A program made the position numbers and the translations under genes. This document shows, one piece after another, positions 8,582 through 17,518 of a stretch of DNA of 64,000 bases (position 1 is its first letter; every line of letters begins with the position of its first letter). This DNA is from Vulcanimicrobiales bacterium (lineage in GTDB: Bacteria; Vulcanimicrobiota; Vulcanimicrobiia; Vulcanimicrobiales; Vulcanimicrobiaceae): positions 9,629-73,628 of the forward strand of contig JBBQQR010000010.1 in NCBI GenBank assembly GCA_038215615.1. Direction: 5' to 3'. Below the pieces are notes generated by a model. It saw only the letters and a list, made by a program, of their open reading frames with translations. It ran no database searches and was not told the origin of the DNA.

Positions 8582-9208
8582 ATGCAGGCCGATCGCTTCT
8601 TTCAAACGCCTCGCGGACGCATCGTTGAAGAGCTCCGCCGGCGCAAATCCGCCTCGGCCGTGGACCTGGCCAAGGTCTTCGGACTCTCGCCCAATGCCAT
8701 CCGCCAGCAGCTGGTTGTGCTGGAACGGGACGGACTGGTCGTCGAGCAGTCGGTGCGCCGCGGCCCTACCAAACCTACCCACGAGTTTTCGCTCACCAAA
8801 GACGGCGAGAAGCTGTTTCCGCAGCATTACGATAAGATGCTGGGCGCGGTGTTGCGCGAGGTGCGGGCGCAGCACGGCGAAACGGGCATCGCCGCACTCT
8901 TCGAAGGCATTTCCAAGCGCACCGTCGCCAAAGCGCGCGCGCGGGTCACGGCTACGGATACCGCCGGCCGGCTCGGGCAGCTCACCGAGGTGCTGCGTGA
9001 AGGCGGCGTCGTCGCCGACTACAATTTAATCGAGGGCGGCTTCGAGCTGCACGAGCACAACTGCCCGTACTCGGCCGTTGCCAAGGATAACCCGGAGGTC
9101 TGCTCGGTGATTCACCAAGTCCTGGAAGAGACGATTGGCGGCACCCACGTGCAAAAGGAGTCCCTTGCAACCGGCGGCACCGAATGCAAGTTTGAGCTGA
9201 AGGCATGA
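8582..9208 (+). CDS. sufR: SufR-like HTH transcriptional regulator
   Basis: N-terminal HTH (LSPNAIRQQLVVLERDGLV...RGPTKP), C-terminal HNCPY...C...C putative Fe-S ligands; divergent from the suf operon. Confidence 0.75.
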   Translation: MQADRFFQTPRGRIVEELRRRKSASAVDLAKVFGLSPNAIRQQLVVLERDGLVVEQSVRRGPTKPTHEFSLTKDGEKLFPQHYDKMLGAVLREVRAQHGETGIAALFEGISKRTVAKARARVTATDTAGRLGQLTEVLREGGVVADYNLIEGGFELHEHNCPYSAVAKDNPEVCSVIHQVLEETIGGTHVQKESLATGGTECKFELKA

Positions 9209-9699
9209 ATTTTCCAAAATTTCAAAAGCTGGTCGAGGACCGCACCGGGTTTCGCACGATGGAAAACCCCACCGCCAGCGGGGAGTATTTCAGCGACTCG
9301 TGCGGCGACATGTACAACTTTTTCCTGAAGGTCGGTCCGGGCGCCGTCATCGAGGATATGTCGTACTTCACGACCGGATGCGGATTCGGCACGGCCACGT
9401 GCAGCATCGTGGTCGATCTCGCCAAGGGCAAGACGATCGCGCAAGCCGCTGCATTGAAAGAAGCCGAGGTCGAGAACGCGCTCGACGGCTACCCTGAGAA
9501 GAAGAAAGATTATCCGCAGCGAGCTCTTGAGGCGCTGCACGTTGCGATCGACGACTACACGCAAAAAGTAGAATCGGGTGCGATTCCCGATTACGGCGCG
9601 ATGCCCGCGCCCGAGCGGCCGGTCCAACCGGTTGCGGAGACGGTTCCCGAACCGCCGCCTCCGTCGGATAACGGCAAGCTTCTCATCAAACTGCACTAG
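9205..9699 (+). CDS. IscU/NifU-N-like scaffold protein (atypical)
   Basis: SCGD and TTGCGFGTATCS motifs; ATGA overlap with the regulator; third canonical Cys missing. Confidence 0.8.
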   Translation: MNFPKFQKLVEDRTGFRTMENPTASGEYFSDSCGDMYNFFLKVGPGAVIEDMSYFTTGCGFGTATCSIVVDLAKGKTIAQAAALKEAEVENALDGYPEKKKDYPQRALEALHVAIDDYTQKVESGAIPDYGAMPAPERPVQPVAETVPEPPPPSDNGKLLIKLH

Positions 9700-9703
9700 T
9701 TCC

Positions 9704-10075
9704 GTGAGCGCCGGCAAATACGAGATCCATCTCGACGACAAGTTCGGCTACTCCACGCTCATCGACGCCGATGCCGAAGCGAATGCATGCACGGTTCCCT
9801 GGTTCAATCAGACGCTCACGACGGTCAACGATGCGCTCGTGCGGCTCGGCGTTTTTCACGGCGAGTTCCATTGGCATAAGCACGACGAGCAAGACGAGTT
9901 TTTTTTCGTGCTCGAGGGTGAGCTGCTCTTAGATATCGACCACAAGGAAACGCACGCGCTCAAGCAACATCAAGGTTACACCGTCCCGAAAGGCGTTATG
10001 CATCGCACACGCGCCCCGGAACGCACCGTCGTTCTCATGATCGAGCAGCGCGGAGTTATACCGACGGGCGACTAG
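9704..10075 (+). CDS. Cupin domain protein
   Basis: GEFHWHKHDEQDEFFFVLEG and VPKGVMHRTRA cupin motifs; GTG 9704. Confidence 0.88.
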   Translation: MSAGKYEIHLDDKFGYSTLIDADAEANACTVPWFNQTLTTVNDALVRLGVFHGEFHWHKHDEQDEFFFVLEGELLLDIDHKETHALKQHQGYTVPKGVMHRTRAPERTVVLMIEQRGVIPTGD

Positions 10076-10199
10076 TCCCCCAAGTCTCCTGGCTCGCCCT
10101 AATATTGGATCGTGGCCGGTTGGTTCGATCTCGGCTTTCGCCTGCGTCGTGCAGAAGGCGATGAACAGGCCGAGAAGGGCCACGCCAAGGCCGCTCGAT

Positions 10200-10751
10200 T
10201 CATTCTCGCGGCTTCAGCGTGTACTGGGCTCGGGCCTCGTAACGTGTGGTGCGCTCGGCCGGAATCGATTCGAAGAGCGTAAGTTCGCCTGCGGTGAGTT
10301 TTATCGGCGTCATATTCAGCAACGGCAGATGCGCGCCGCCGCCCTTCACGCGGGCGATCGTAACGTGGGCGACGTTTTCTTTTTCGAAATGAAAGCCGAG
10401 CTCTTCATAAGCGTCGCGCACGGTTCGCGACAGCTCGCGGAATGCCGCACCCTCTTCGTTCGCCCCGATCCAGATGACGCGCGGGTTCCGTTCATGCGGG
10501 AAGGCGTCAAGTTTGTCGAGTGTGAGATCGAACGCGTTCACGTTTTGCGCCGCGCGCGCGAGTGCATCGCGCACCGGTTCCACCGCGTCTGGTTCGACCC
10601 AGCCAAGGAAGGCAACGGTGATGTGCAGTTTCTCCGGCGCTTCAAAACGTGCGTCCATTCCCGAGTCGCGCAAGCGTTCTATCACGTCGCCGCATTTCGC
10701 GCGCACGTTCGGAGCGAGAGCGATCCCGGCGAAGAGTTTAAGCTTATTCAG
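10200..10751 (-). CDS. thpR: RNA 2',3'-cyclic phosphodiesterase (2H family)
   Basis: Two HxT motifs (LHITVAFLG, AHVTIAR), PRVIWIG; N-terminal KLFAGI strand lies upstream of GTG 10706, so CTG 10751 is the probable start. Confidence 0.88.
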   Translation of the reverse strand: MNKLKLFAGIALAPNVRAKCGDVIERLRDSGMDARFEAPEKLHITVAFLGWVEPDAVEPVRDALARAAQNVNAFDLTLDKLDAFPHERNPRVIWIGANEEGAAFRELSRTVRDAYEELGFHFEKENVAHVTIARVKGGGAHLPLLNMTPIKLTAGELTLFESIPAERTTRYEARAQYTLKPRE

Positions 10752-11389
10752 GATGACTGTAAGTACGGATTCGTGTTGCGCTCCTTACCAATTGTCGTGA
10801 ACGGACCGTGCCCCGGGATGACGCGGGTCTCGTCATCGAACGGCAACAGTTTTCGTGCAATGCTCTCCACGATGTCTTCCATCGACGTTCCGCCTAAATC
10901 CCAGCGGCCGATCGCGCCGGCGAAGAGCGTGTCGCCGGAAAGAATCGAGTGTCCGCCGTCCTCGACAAAGGCAAAACAGACGCTGCCCGGTGTGTGGCCG
11001 GGCGTATGCAGCACGCCGATTTCCACGGCGCCCGCGCGAATGCGGTCGCCGTCTTGCAACTCGCCGTCGAGATCGACGATTCGCGGTGCGTCATACTCGC
11101 CAATCCAGCGTGCCTGCATGCCGAGGCTATGGTAGAGCGGCAGATCGGCCGGATGCAGCAGACCTTGCGCGCCCGTGCGTTCGCGCAACGTGCCGAGATC
11201 GCCGATATGATCGATATGCGCGTGCGTATGCACGAGATACTTCGCGCGAGCGTCCAAGCGTTCGAGGCGCCTCATAACCTCAGGTACGCCGTCTCCGCCG
11301 TCGACGACGATCGCTTCCTTCGTTTCATCGTCGCAAAGGATCGTACAGTTGCATGCAAGCGGGCCGACGGGAAAAATCTCGACAGTCAA
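10748..11389 (-). CDS. MBL-fold metallo-hydrolase (glyoxalase II-like)
   Basis: THAHIDH, HTPGHTPG, SGDTLF, PGHG; TTG 11389 in TTGA overlap. Confidence 0.9.
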   Translation of the reverse strand: MTVEIFPVGPLACNCTILCDDETKEAIVVDGGDGVPEVMRRLERLDARAKYLVHTHAHIDHIGDLGTLRERTGAQGLLHPADLPLYHSLGMQARWIGEYDAPRIVDLDGELQDGDRIRAGAVEIGVLHTPGHTPGSVCFAFVEDGGHSILSGDTLFAGAIGRWDLGGTSMEDIVESIARKLLPFDDETRVIPGHGPFTTIGKERNTNPYLQSS

Positions 11390-11880
11390 TCGATGCGAAT
11401 TCCAAAATCGTGAAAGGCGCCGTTGTAATATCCCAGCGGAGAGCCCGAACGCGATGCACACGAGACCACGCGTCCGATGAAGACGCTGTGCGTCCCGGCG
11501 TGGTGTTCCTCGGCGACTTCGCACTCCAAATGGGCGACGACGCCCGAAAGAATTGCCGCGCCGGTCTGCCCCGTTTCGAAGTTCACTCCGTCAAATTGAT
11601 TCTCTCGCATCTTGCTGGCGAACCGTTTGGCGAGTTCCCCTTGGTCGCCGGCCAAAATATTGACGCAGAAAATCTTCGATTCTGAAATGTAGAGATAGCT
11701 GCGCGCTTCGCGATTTATGCAGATCAACACCAGCGGCGGATCGACCGAGACGCTCGCAAACGAGCTCACCGTAAGCCCGCGGGGCTGCCCATCGCGCACG
11801 CTGGTGACGACCGTTACGCCGGTGGGAAAGTGCCGCATGGCGGTCTTGAACGAATCGGACCCGACGGTTGAATTGCTCAC
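11386..11880 (-). CDS. Flavin reductase family protein
   Basis: FPTGVTVVT, SFASVSVDPPLVL, AGTHSVFIGRV; GTG 11880 in GTGA overlap. Confidence 0.9.
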   Translation of the reverse strand: MSNSTVGSDSFKTAMRHFPTGVTVVTSVRDGQPRGLTVSSFASVSVDPPLVLICINREARSYLYISESKIFCVNILAGDQGELAKRFASKMRENQFDGVNFETGQTGAAILSGVVAHLECEVAEEHHAGTHSVFIGRVVSCASRSGSPLGYYNGAFHDFGIRID

Positions 11881-12422
11881 GCCTTGCGCGCGCCGATGCC
11901 TATCCCGCCGCCAAGCGGCAATATCGTCGCTTCGAGCTGCGGATGTTTGAGGAAGGCGCGGTTGAAGGCATCCGTTTCGTCGTCGGCGGTCAATCCGTTG
12001 AGGATGACCAGCCCTGAGAGCTTCAGCACGTGCAGGCACTGTTTGAGATACTCCGCGTAATCGGTGCGCGGCGCGTCCACGAACGCGATGTCGAGATTTC
12101 GTTGCGGGAAAATGTGCAGCACCTCGAGTGCCGGCTGATTGACGATTTCAATACGGTCGCCGACCCCGGCCCGGTCGAAAAATTGCCGCGCGACTTCCGT
12201 GCGTTCGATAAACGGATCGAACGTCCAAATCTTTCCGGCGGGCGGCTGCGCGAGCGCCATTTGCACCGTCGCGTATCCGTAACCCGTGCCGATTTCGAGA
12301 ATCCGGTTGGCCTGCATCGCGGTTGCTAAAACCGAAAGCAGACGCCCGACGACATCTGGTACCGTTGCAATTCCGTCTTGCTTGGCTTTCTGTTCGATTT
12401 CCAGGAGCAGCTCGCGGTCCAT
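11877..12422 (-). CDS. SAM-dependent O-methyltransferase
   Basis: ILEIGTGYGY, DIAFVDA, YLKQCLHVLK. Confidence 0.85.
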   Translation of the reverse strand: MDRELLLEIEQKAKQDGIATVPDVVGRLLSVLATAMQANRILEIGTGYGYATVQMALAQPPAGKIWTFDPFIERTEVARQFFDRAGVGDRIEIVNQPALEVLHIFPQRNLDIAFVDAPRTDYAEYLKQCLHVLKLSGLVILNGLTADDETDAFNRAFLKHPQLEATILPLGGGIGIGARKA

Positions 12423-12431
12423 AGTGGACGC

Positions 12432-13301
12432 TTAGTCGCGCGGCTGAACCTTCCCCGCGCGGGAGGCCGCTTGAATGACGTTTCGCAGCAGCGTAACGTT
12501 GGTTACGGGCCCGACTCCGCCGGGCACCGGCGTAATCGCGCCGGCCACTTCGAGCGCGGAGTCGAAGTCGACGTCGCCTCTGAGCTGGCCGTCGATCAGC
12601 GTCGTGCCGACGTCTATGACGGTTGCGCCCGGTTTGATGTCGGAACCGCGAATGAGATTGGGAACGCCGGTAGCTACAATCAGCACGTCCGCCATCCGCG
12701 CGTAGGGCTGCAGTCCCGAAGACTCTTTGTGCAAGATCGTTACGGTCGCGTTCTGTGCGAGCATTAACATTGCCACGGGGGCGCCGACGACGACCGAACG
12801 TCCGATCATCACCGCATGCAAACCGGTCAGCGGCCAGTGCGGGCTGCGTTCGAGCAGCAGCATCACTGCGGCGGGCGTTGCGGGCACGAATTCGGCGCCG
12901 CTTCCGAACGCCAGGTGTCCTTGATTCGTAGGATGCGTGCCGTCGACGTCTTTATGGATCGGAATTGAGTCGGCGATTGCCCGGATCGAAAGATGTGCGG
13001 GCAGCGGCTGCTGCAGCATGACGCCATGGACGCTTGAATCGCCCGCCCACGTTTCGAGCCGTCCGCGGACCGCGGACGCAGTGGCATTTTCCGGCAGCTC
13101 GTCGACGCGCACCGAAACGCCGACGCGTTCGCCCAGTTTTTCGAGATTGCGCACATACGCAACCGAAGATTCGTTTTCGCCGACCAGCACGATAACCAGG
13201 CGCGGCGCAATGCCGCCGGACTGCAACCGGTTGCTCTCGGCGATCAATTCTTGGCGTAGCTCGTTGGCGATCGATCGCCCGTCTAATATGCGTGCCGGCA
13301 C
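12432..13301 (-). CDS. folD: Methylenetetrahydrofolate dehydrogenase/cyclohydrolase
   Basis: ILDG, QQPLP, KDVDG, PATP, GRSVVVGAP, ITPVPGGVGPVT; GTG 13301. Confidence 0.93.
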   Translation of the reverse strand: MPARILDGRSIANELRQELIAESNRLQSGGIAPRLVIVLVGENESSVAYVRNLEKLGERVGVSVRVDELPENATASAVRGRLETWAGDSSVHGVMLQQPLPAHLSIRAIADSIPIHKDVDGTHPTNQGHLAFGSGAEFVPATPAAVMLLLERSPHWPLTGLHAVMIGRSVVVGAPVAMLMLAQNATVTILHKESSGLQPYARMADVLIVATGVPNLIRGSDIKPGATVIDVGTTLIDGQLRGDVDFDSALEVAGAITPVPGGVGPVTNVTLLRNVIQAASRAGKVQPRD

Positions 13302-13335
13302 GGCTCGCGTTTTCGTTTGCGGAAGGAAGCTCACC

Positions 13336-13884
13336 TTGGATAGTAGCACGAAGCCAAACGTGAAATGGCTCCTGGCCGTGGGCGGCGCCCTCATTGTCGC
13401 TGTGGTCCTCAAACAATACTTTCCAAGCGCTGCGGCCGGCACTTCGCAAATTGCGGTGGCCGGAAAAACTGCGCCCAGCTTTCCGGTACCGTCGACTGAA
13501 GGAAGAACTCAGACGCTTGCGTCCTACCGCGGCAAAGTCATCGTGATGAATCTTTGGGCGACGTGGTGTCCGCCGTGCCGCTCGGAAATGCCGGACTTTG
13601 AGAAACTCTACGAAACCTATCGCAGCCGCGGTTTGGTTGTGATCGGCATCAATCAGGGTGAGTCACGTCTGCGCGCCGCATCGTTCGCGCAATCGCTGCA
13701 CATCAAGTATCCGATCTGGCTCGACTCGCAACAGCAGTATGGGCGAACCTATATCGCGCTCGGGCTTCCGACCACCGTCATCATCGATCGTTCGGGCGTG
13801 GCGGTACCGCCGGGCTTCGACGGTCCGTTGACCTACGCGCAAATGAAAGCCGCCGTCGCGCCGCTGTTTCGCGCGCCACATTGA
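13336..13884 (+). CDS. TlpA/ResA-family membrane-anchored disulfide reductase
   Basis: NLWATWCPPCRSEMP, GLPTTVIIDRSG; N-terminal TM; TTG 13336 after GGAAGGAAG. Confidence 0.88.
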   Translation: MDSSTKPNVKWLLAVGGALIVAVVLKQYFPSAAAGTSQIAVAGKTAPSFPVPSTEGRTQTLASYRGKVIVMNLWATWCPPCRSEMPDFEKLYETYRSRGLVVIGINQGESRLRAASFAQSLHIKYPIWLDSQQQYGRTYIALGLPTTVIIDRSGVAVPPGFDGPLTYAQMKAAVAPLFRAPH

Positions 13885-14762
13885 TCGTCTTCTGGCTCTT
13901 GGTTGCGGCCGCCGCCGGCATGACGGCTGCGCAAGACGTCTTTCCGGGCAACGCCGTCTTTCATTCCGGGTGGTACAACGCGTTGAACGTTGTGGCGCTC
14001 GCCGCAGCTGTATTTCAACGCCGGAAAAACTCGATCGCCCTTTTCGGCGCAGCCGTCGTCGTGCTCTCGGGAGTCGCCGCCGGCCTTATGGGGCCGGACA
14101 CGCATACCGTCGTAGGATCGCCTGGTGCTACCGTGACCGACGATCAAATAGGATCTGCATTTGTCTTTCCGCTCGCGCAGCCGAACGTCGATCCGCAATC
14201 GGTCACGGTTTGGCTACGCAGCGGAACGTCGCTCGTCGCGATTGGCGCGCACCGGCGCTACTGGGGCAGCCTCATCATGTGGCAGACACCGCGCGTGTCG
14301 GTTTGGATCACGGCCGAGGACGCCGGGGGAAGTCGTTTGACGATCACGCAGCCGACGAACGGAACATTCTTGTCGCCGGTGCTTGCGATGCAGCAAGCGA
14401 CGGTTATCGGCGGCATGAACGTTCAATTCGACACGTTTGCCGTGCCGGCCGAGCGCCGAACGGTCAAGGCCGTGCTTTTTGATGCGCAACAGGCATCGCA
14501 CCTGGGGCCGCAGTCGCCGGCGAACGGAGGGCCGGCGGTTTTATTCGCCGTCGCCGATCGCAGCGATCGTCCGGTGCCCGGCGGAATCGGTATCGTCCCG
14601 TCGGGATCGCAAAGGAAGATCGGCGGATTGATTCTCGGCGCGCAGGCCGGAAGTTATCCGGCGGTAGTCGTGGCTTCGGCGCCTTATCTGCCGGCGCTTA
14701 TTGCGGGCTTACTGATAGTGCTTGCGGGCGCCGCTAGAACTGCGTTCCGCTCGAAAACGTAA
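13881..14762 (+). CDS. Membrane protein, possibly a divergent ResB/Ccs1-like protein
   Basis: N-terminal TMs with VFHSGWY, a periplasmic beta region and a C-terminal TM; TTGA-coupled to the resA-like gene. Confidence 0.5.
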   Translation: MIVFWLLVAAAAGMTAAQDVFPGNAVFHSGWYNALNVVALAAAVFQRRKNSIALFGAAVVVLSGVAAGLMGPDTHTVVGSPGATVTDDQIGSAFVFPLAQPNVDPQSVTVWLRSGTSLVAIGAHRRYWGSLIMWQTPRVSVWITAEDAGGSRLTITQPTNGTFLSPVLAMQQATVIGGMNVQFDTFAVPAERRTVKAVLFDAQQASHLGPQSPANGGPAVLFAVADRSDRPVPGGIGIVPSGSQRKIGGLILGAQAGSYPAVVVASAPYLPALIAGLLIVLAGAARTAFRSKT

Positions 14763-16065
14763 AGCCTTCGATTTTTGCGGCCGGCACGACGAGCGAAAAC
14801 CAATAGTCACCTGTGCGCTGCGGCGCGTTGGAAAATTCGCATGTTCCTAGCGCCGCGATAATACTTTGGTTGAAGCGCATGTTGCGTACGCCGCCGGCGA
14901 CTTTCCCGTTTTCGATCAGGAACGTGCCGTCGCGGGTCATGCCGGTAACGATCGCCTTTTTTTGGTCGACCGTTCGTATGTACCAGAAGCGGCTGATCAA
15001 CAGCCCCCGCTTGGTCTCGGAGATCAGCTGCTCCGTCGATTTGATTCCCGGCTTCACAATGAGATCGATAGCCTGCGGACCGTACGCGTTCGGCGCAGGT
15101 AAAGCGTGTCCCGTGTTTTCGCGATCGAGCTTTTTTGCCCAATAGCTGTCCGTGACGAACGCTTTTGCAACGCCGGCTTCGATGAGCGCGAGCCGTTTTT
15201 TGGGCTGGCCTTCGAAATCGAAGGGCATAGACGGTGCGAGCGGGTTCGCGTAATCATCCGTCACGGTCAGATTTTCACCGAAGTACGGCTTGTCGAGCCC
15301 GTCGCTCAAGAACGAAGAACCTTCGTCGACGGCCTGCGCCGAAAAATGTTGGCCCAAATATGCGAAAAACTCTCCGAACGCGGCCGGCTCCATGATGACG
15401 GTCCACTCGCCCGGTTCGACGCCTTGCGGCTGAGCGGAGTTTTTGGCTTTTCCCGCCGCGGTCTCGGCAACGCTACGCGCGTTCAAAGTGGTCGCATCGG
15501 GCGAATAGGCTTGACCGTATCCGGTCGAGTCGGCGGCACTCATTTTTACGTTGATGCCGCTGTCCGTGCCGTCGAACGAAGCGCGGGCCCCATTCGAATT
15601 CGCAATCGTAAAGCCGGCGCTCTGTGTGCGCGCGAAGCCGGCGCACCAGAATTGGTTCGATTCGGCAATTTTGAAAATCGCGTCGGCCATATCGGCGCGC
15701 AATTGCGGCGATGCATCGGCCGTCGCTTCTACGTATGAGCCTTCCGGCGCGCGAGTCGGGCCACCCGATGGTAGCGGGGCGAGTTCGGGATCCTCGGGCG
15801 CCAAGTGTGCGATAGCGAGCGCGCGATCGACCGTTGCACGTAGCGATTGCTCGTCGAGTAGATTTGTAGCGGCGGTGCCGGTCCGCAGCCCGACAATCGC
15901 GCGCACGCTGACGCCTGTATCCGCGCGCGCGACGTTTTGATGAACCTCTTGGTGCGTGAAGCGCGTGAGGCCGGCGGACTCGGTGCTAATCGTGACTTCA
16001 GTTTGGTCGGCCGCCGACAAGCCCAGTACGCGTTCGGCCAGCGTTTCGCGCTGTCTGCTATCCAC
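14734..16065 (-). CDS. TldE/PmbA family protein
   Basis: TRF..Q.VHQN, PFDFEG, TGHA, TGMTRDGTFLIENG, NMRFN; downstream of tldD; no HExxxH. Confidence 0.88.
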   Translation of the reverse strand: MDSRQRETLAERVLGLSAADQTEVTISTESAGLTRFTHQEVHQNVARADTGVSVRAIVGLRTGTAATNLLDEQSLRATVDRALAIAHLAPEDPELAPLPSGGPTRAPEGSYVEATADASPQLRADMADAIFKIAESNQFWCAGFARTQSAGFTIANSNGARASFDGTDSGINVKMSAADSTGYGQAYSPDATTLNARSVAETAAGKAKNSAQPQGVEPGEWTVIMEPAAFGEFFAYLGQHFSAQAVDEGSSFLSDGLDKPYFGENLTVTDDYANPLAPSMPFDFEGQPKKRLALIEAGVAKAFVTDSYWAKKLDRENTGHALPAPNAYGPQAIDLIVKPGIKSTEQLISETKRGLLISRFWYIRTVDQKKAIVTGMTRDGTFLIENGKVAGGVRNMRFNQSIIAALGTCEFSNAPQRTGDYWFSLVVPAAKIEGFTFSSGTQF

Positions 16066-17509
16066 CGTAACCTACGCCTACCTGGACGTTGCGAAAGCGC
16101 GCCGGCGAAGCGCATTGCGCCGTTCGTCCAGTCTGCATGGGTTCGCCTTTTCCGCAATTTGGCGTTCCCCATGCGACCCAGGACTTTTCGTCGGCGATTG
16201 CGTCACACGAGTTCCAGAACTGCGGCGTCATGCCGGCGTACGTCGGATTCTTCAATAACTTGCCGCGCTTGCCGTTCTTGACTTCCCACGCGATCTCGCA
16301 GCCGAACTGAAAGTTCAGGCGGTGGTCGTCGATCGACCAGGAGCGGTTGCTTTCCATATAAATACCGTCTTTGACGTCTTCAAAAAGGCCGTCGAAAGGA
16401 ACGTCGCCGGGCAGCAGATTCAGATTGCACATCCGGATCATCGGAACGAATTCCCAACTTTGCGCGCGCACGCAAGCGTTGCTTTCGCGGCCGATGGTGC
16501 GCGCGGTATCATTGCTCATTTCGTATCCCACGAGCAGGCCGTCCCGGATGATGTCGGACGTTCCGCTTTTGGTGCCTTCATCGTCATATCCCACGGTCGC
16601 CATGCCATGTGGCAGTGTGTTGTCGATCCGGATCGTCACGATCTCCGATCCGTAGCGAAGCTTATCGAGCTGCGCGATTTCGAGGAAGCTGACGCCGGAG
16701 AAGTTTGCTTCCCAGCCCATGACGCGATCGAGTTCGGCCGGGTGTCCGCACGATTCGTGAATCTGCAGAGAAACTTGTGAGCCGCCCAGGATGATGTCGC
16801 GTGTGCCGCTGGGACATTGCTCGGCGGTCAGCAGCGATTGCGCTTCCTCGCCGATGCGCTGTGCGTTTTGCCCGAGCTGCGCTTCCTCGACGATCTCCCA
16901 GCCGCCCGACTTGTAGAGCCCGATGTCGCCGGGAAAGGTGCGCGACTGTACCTCGCCGTCGCCGACGGCCAGCGCTTCCAGCCCGCTGCCCGTTTGGCGA
17001 ATGGATTGCTCGATGCGCGATCCCAGGGTGCTGTAAAACGTTTTGTCCGTCCGCCAGAGATCGATCCAGGCGCGTCCGACGCTGATCTTCGTCGAAACGT
17101 GCAGTGCCTTTTCGGCCGCGAGCAACAGCGCAACGCGATCGCCGAGCGGAACGTCGGCCGGATCGCGTAACACCGGCGTTGAGAACGAGTCGACGTACGC
17201 CCGCGTCGGCGGGGCTCCGAAAGGGTGCCGCGCGATCGCGGCTCCGGCTTTTGCGATTTCGACCGCGCGTGCGGCCGTGGCGTCAATGCCGGCGGTCGTG
17301 AGATCGGAGGAGGCTGCGAAGCCCCAGGCCCCGCCGACGAGCGCGCGCATGCCGTATCCGCGGCTGGTGGCGTCCGATAGGGTCGCCACGATACCGTTTC
17401 GCGTTTCGATCCGTTCGGCGCGAACGACCTCGAACCGCAGGTCCGCGTACTCGGCGCCCCGCTTGGAGGCGGTATCGAGCGCGCGCGCGGCCAGATCGTC
17501 AAAGCTCAT
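16058..17509 (-). CDS. tldD: TldD metalloprotease subunit
   Basis: HESCGH (HExxxH), YDDEG, PMIRMCN, CGKGEP. Confidence 0.92.
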   Translation of the reverse strand: MSFDDLAARALDTASKRGAEYADLRFEVVRAERIETRNGIVATLSDATSRGYGMRALVGGAWGFAASSDLTTAGIDATAARAVEIAKAGAAIARHPFGAPPTRAYVDSFSTPVLRDPADVPLGDRVALLLAAEKALHVSTKISVGRAWIDLWRTDKTFYSTLGSRIEQSIRQTGSGLEALAVGDGEVQSRTFPGDIGLYKSGGWEIVEEAQLGQNAQRIGEEAQSLLTAEQCPSGTRDIILGGSQVSLQIHESCGHPAELDRVMGWEANFSGVSFLEIAQLDKLRYGSEIVTIRIDNTLPHGMATVGYDDEGTKSGTSDIIRDGLLVGYEMSNDTARTIGRESNACVRAQSWEFVPMIRMCNLNLLPGDVPFDGLFEDVKDGIYMESNRSWSIDDHRLNFQFGCEIAWEVKNGKRGKLLKNPTYAGMTPQFWNSCDAIADEKSWVAWGTPNCGKGEPMQTGRTAQCASPARFRNVQVGVGYGG

Positions 17510-17518
17510 GCGTTCGCG

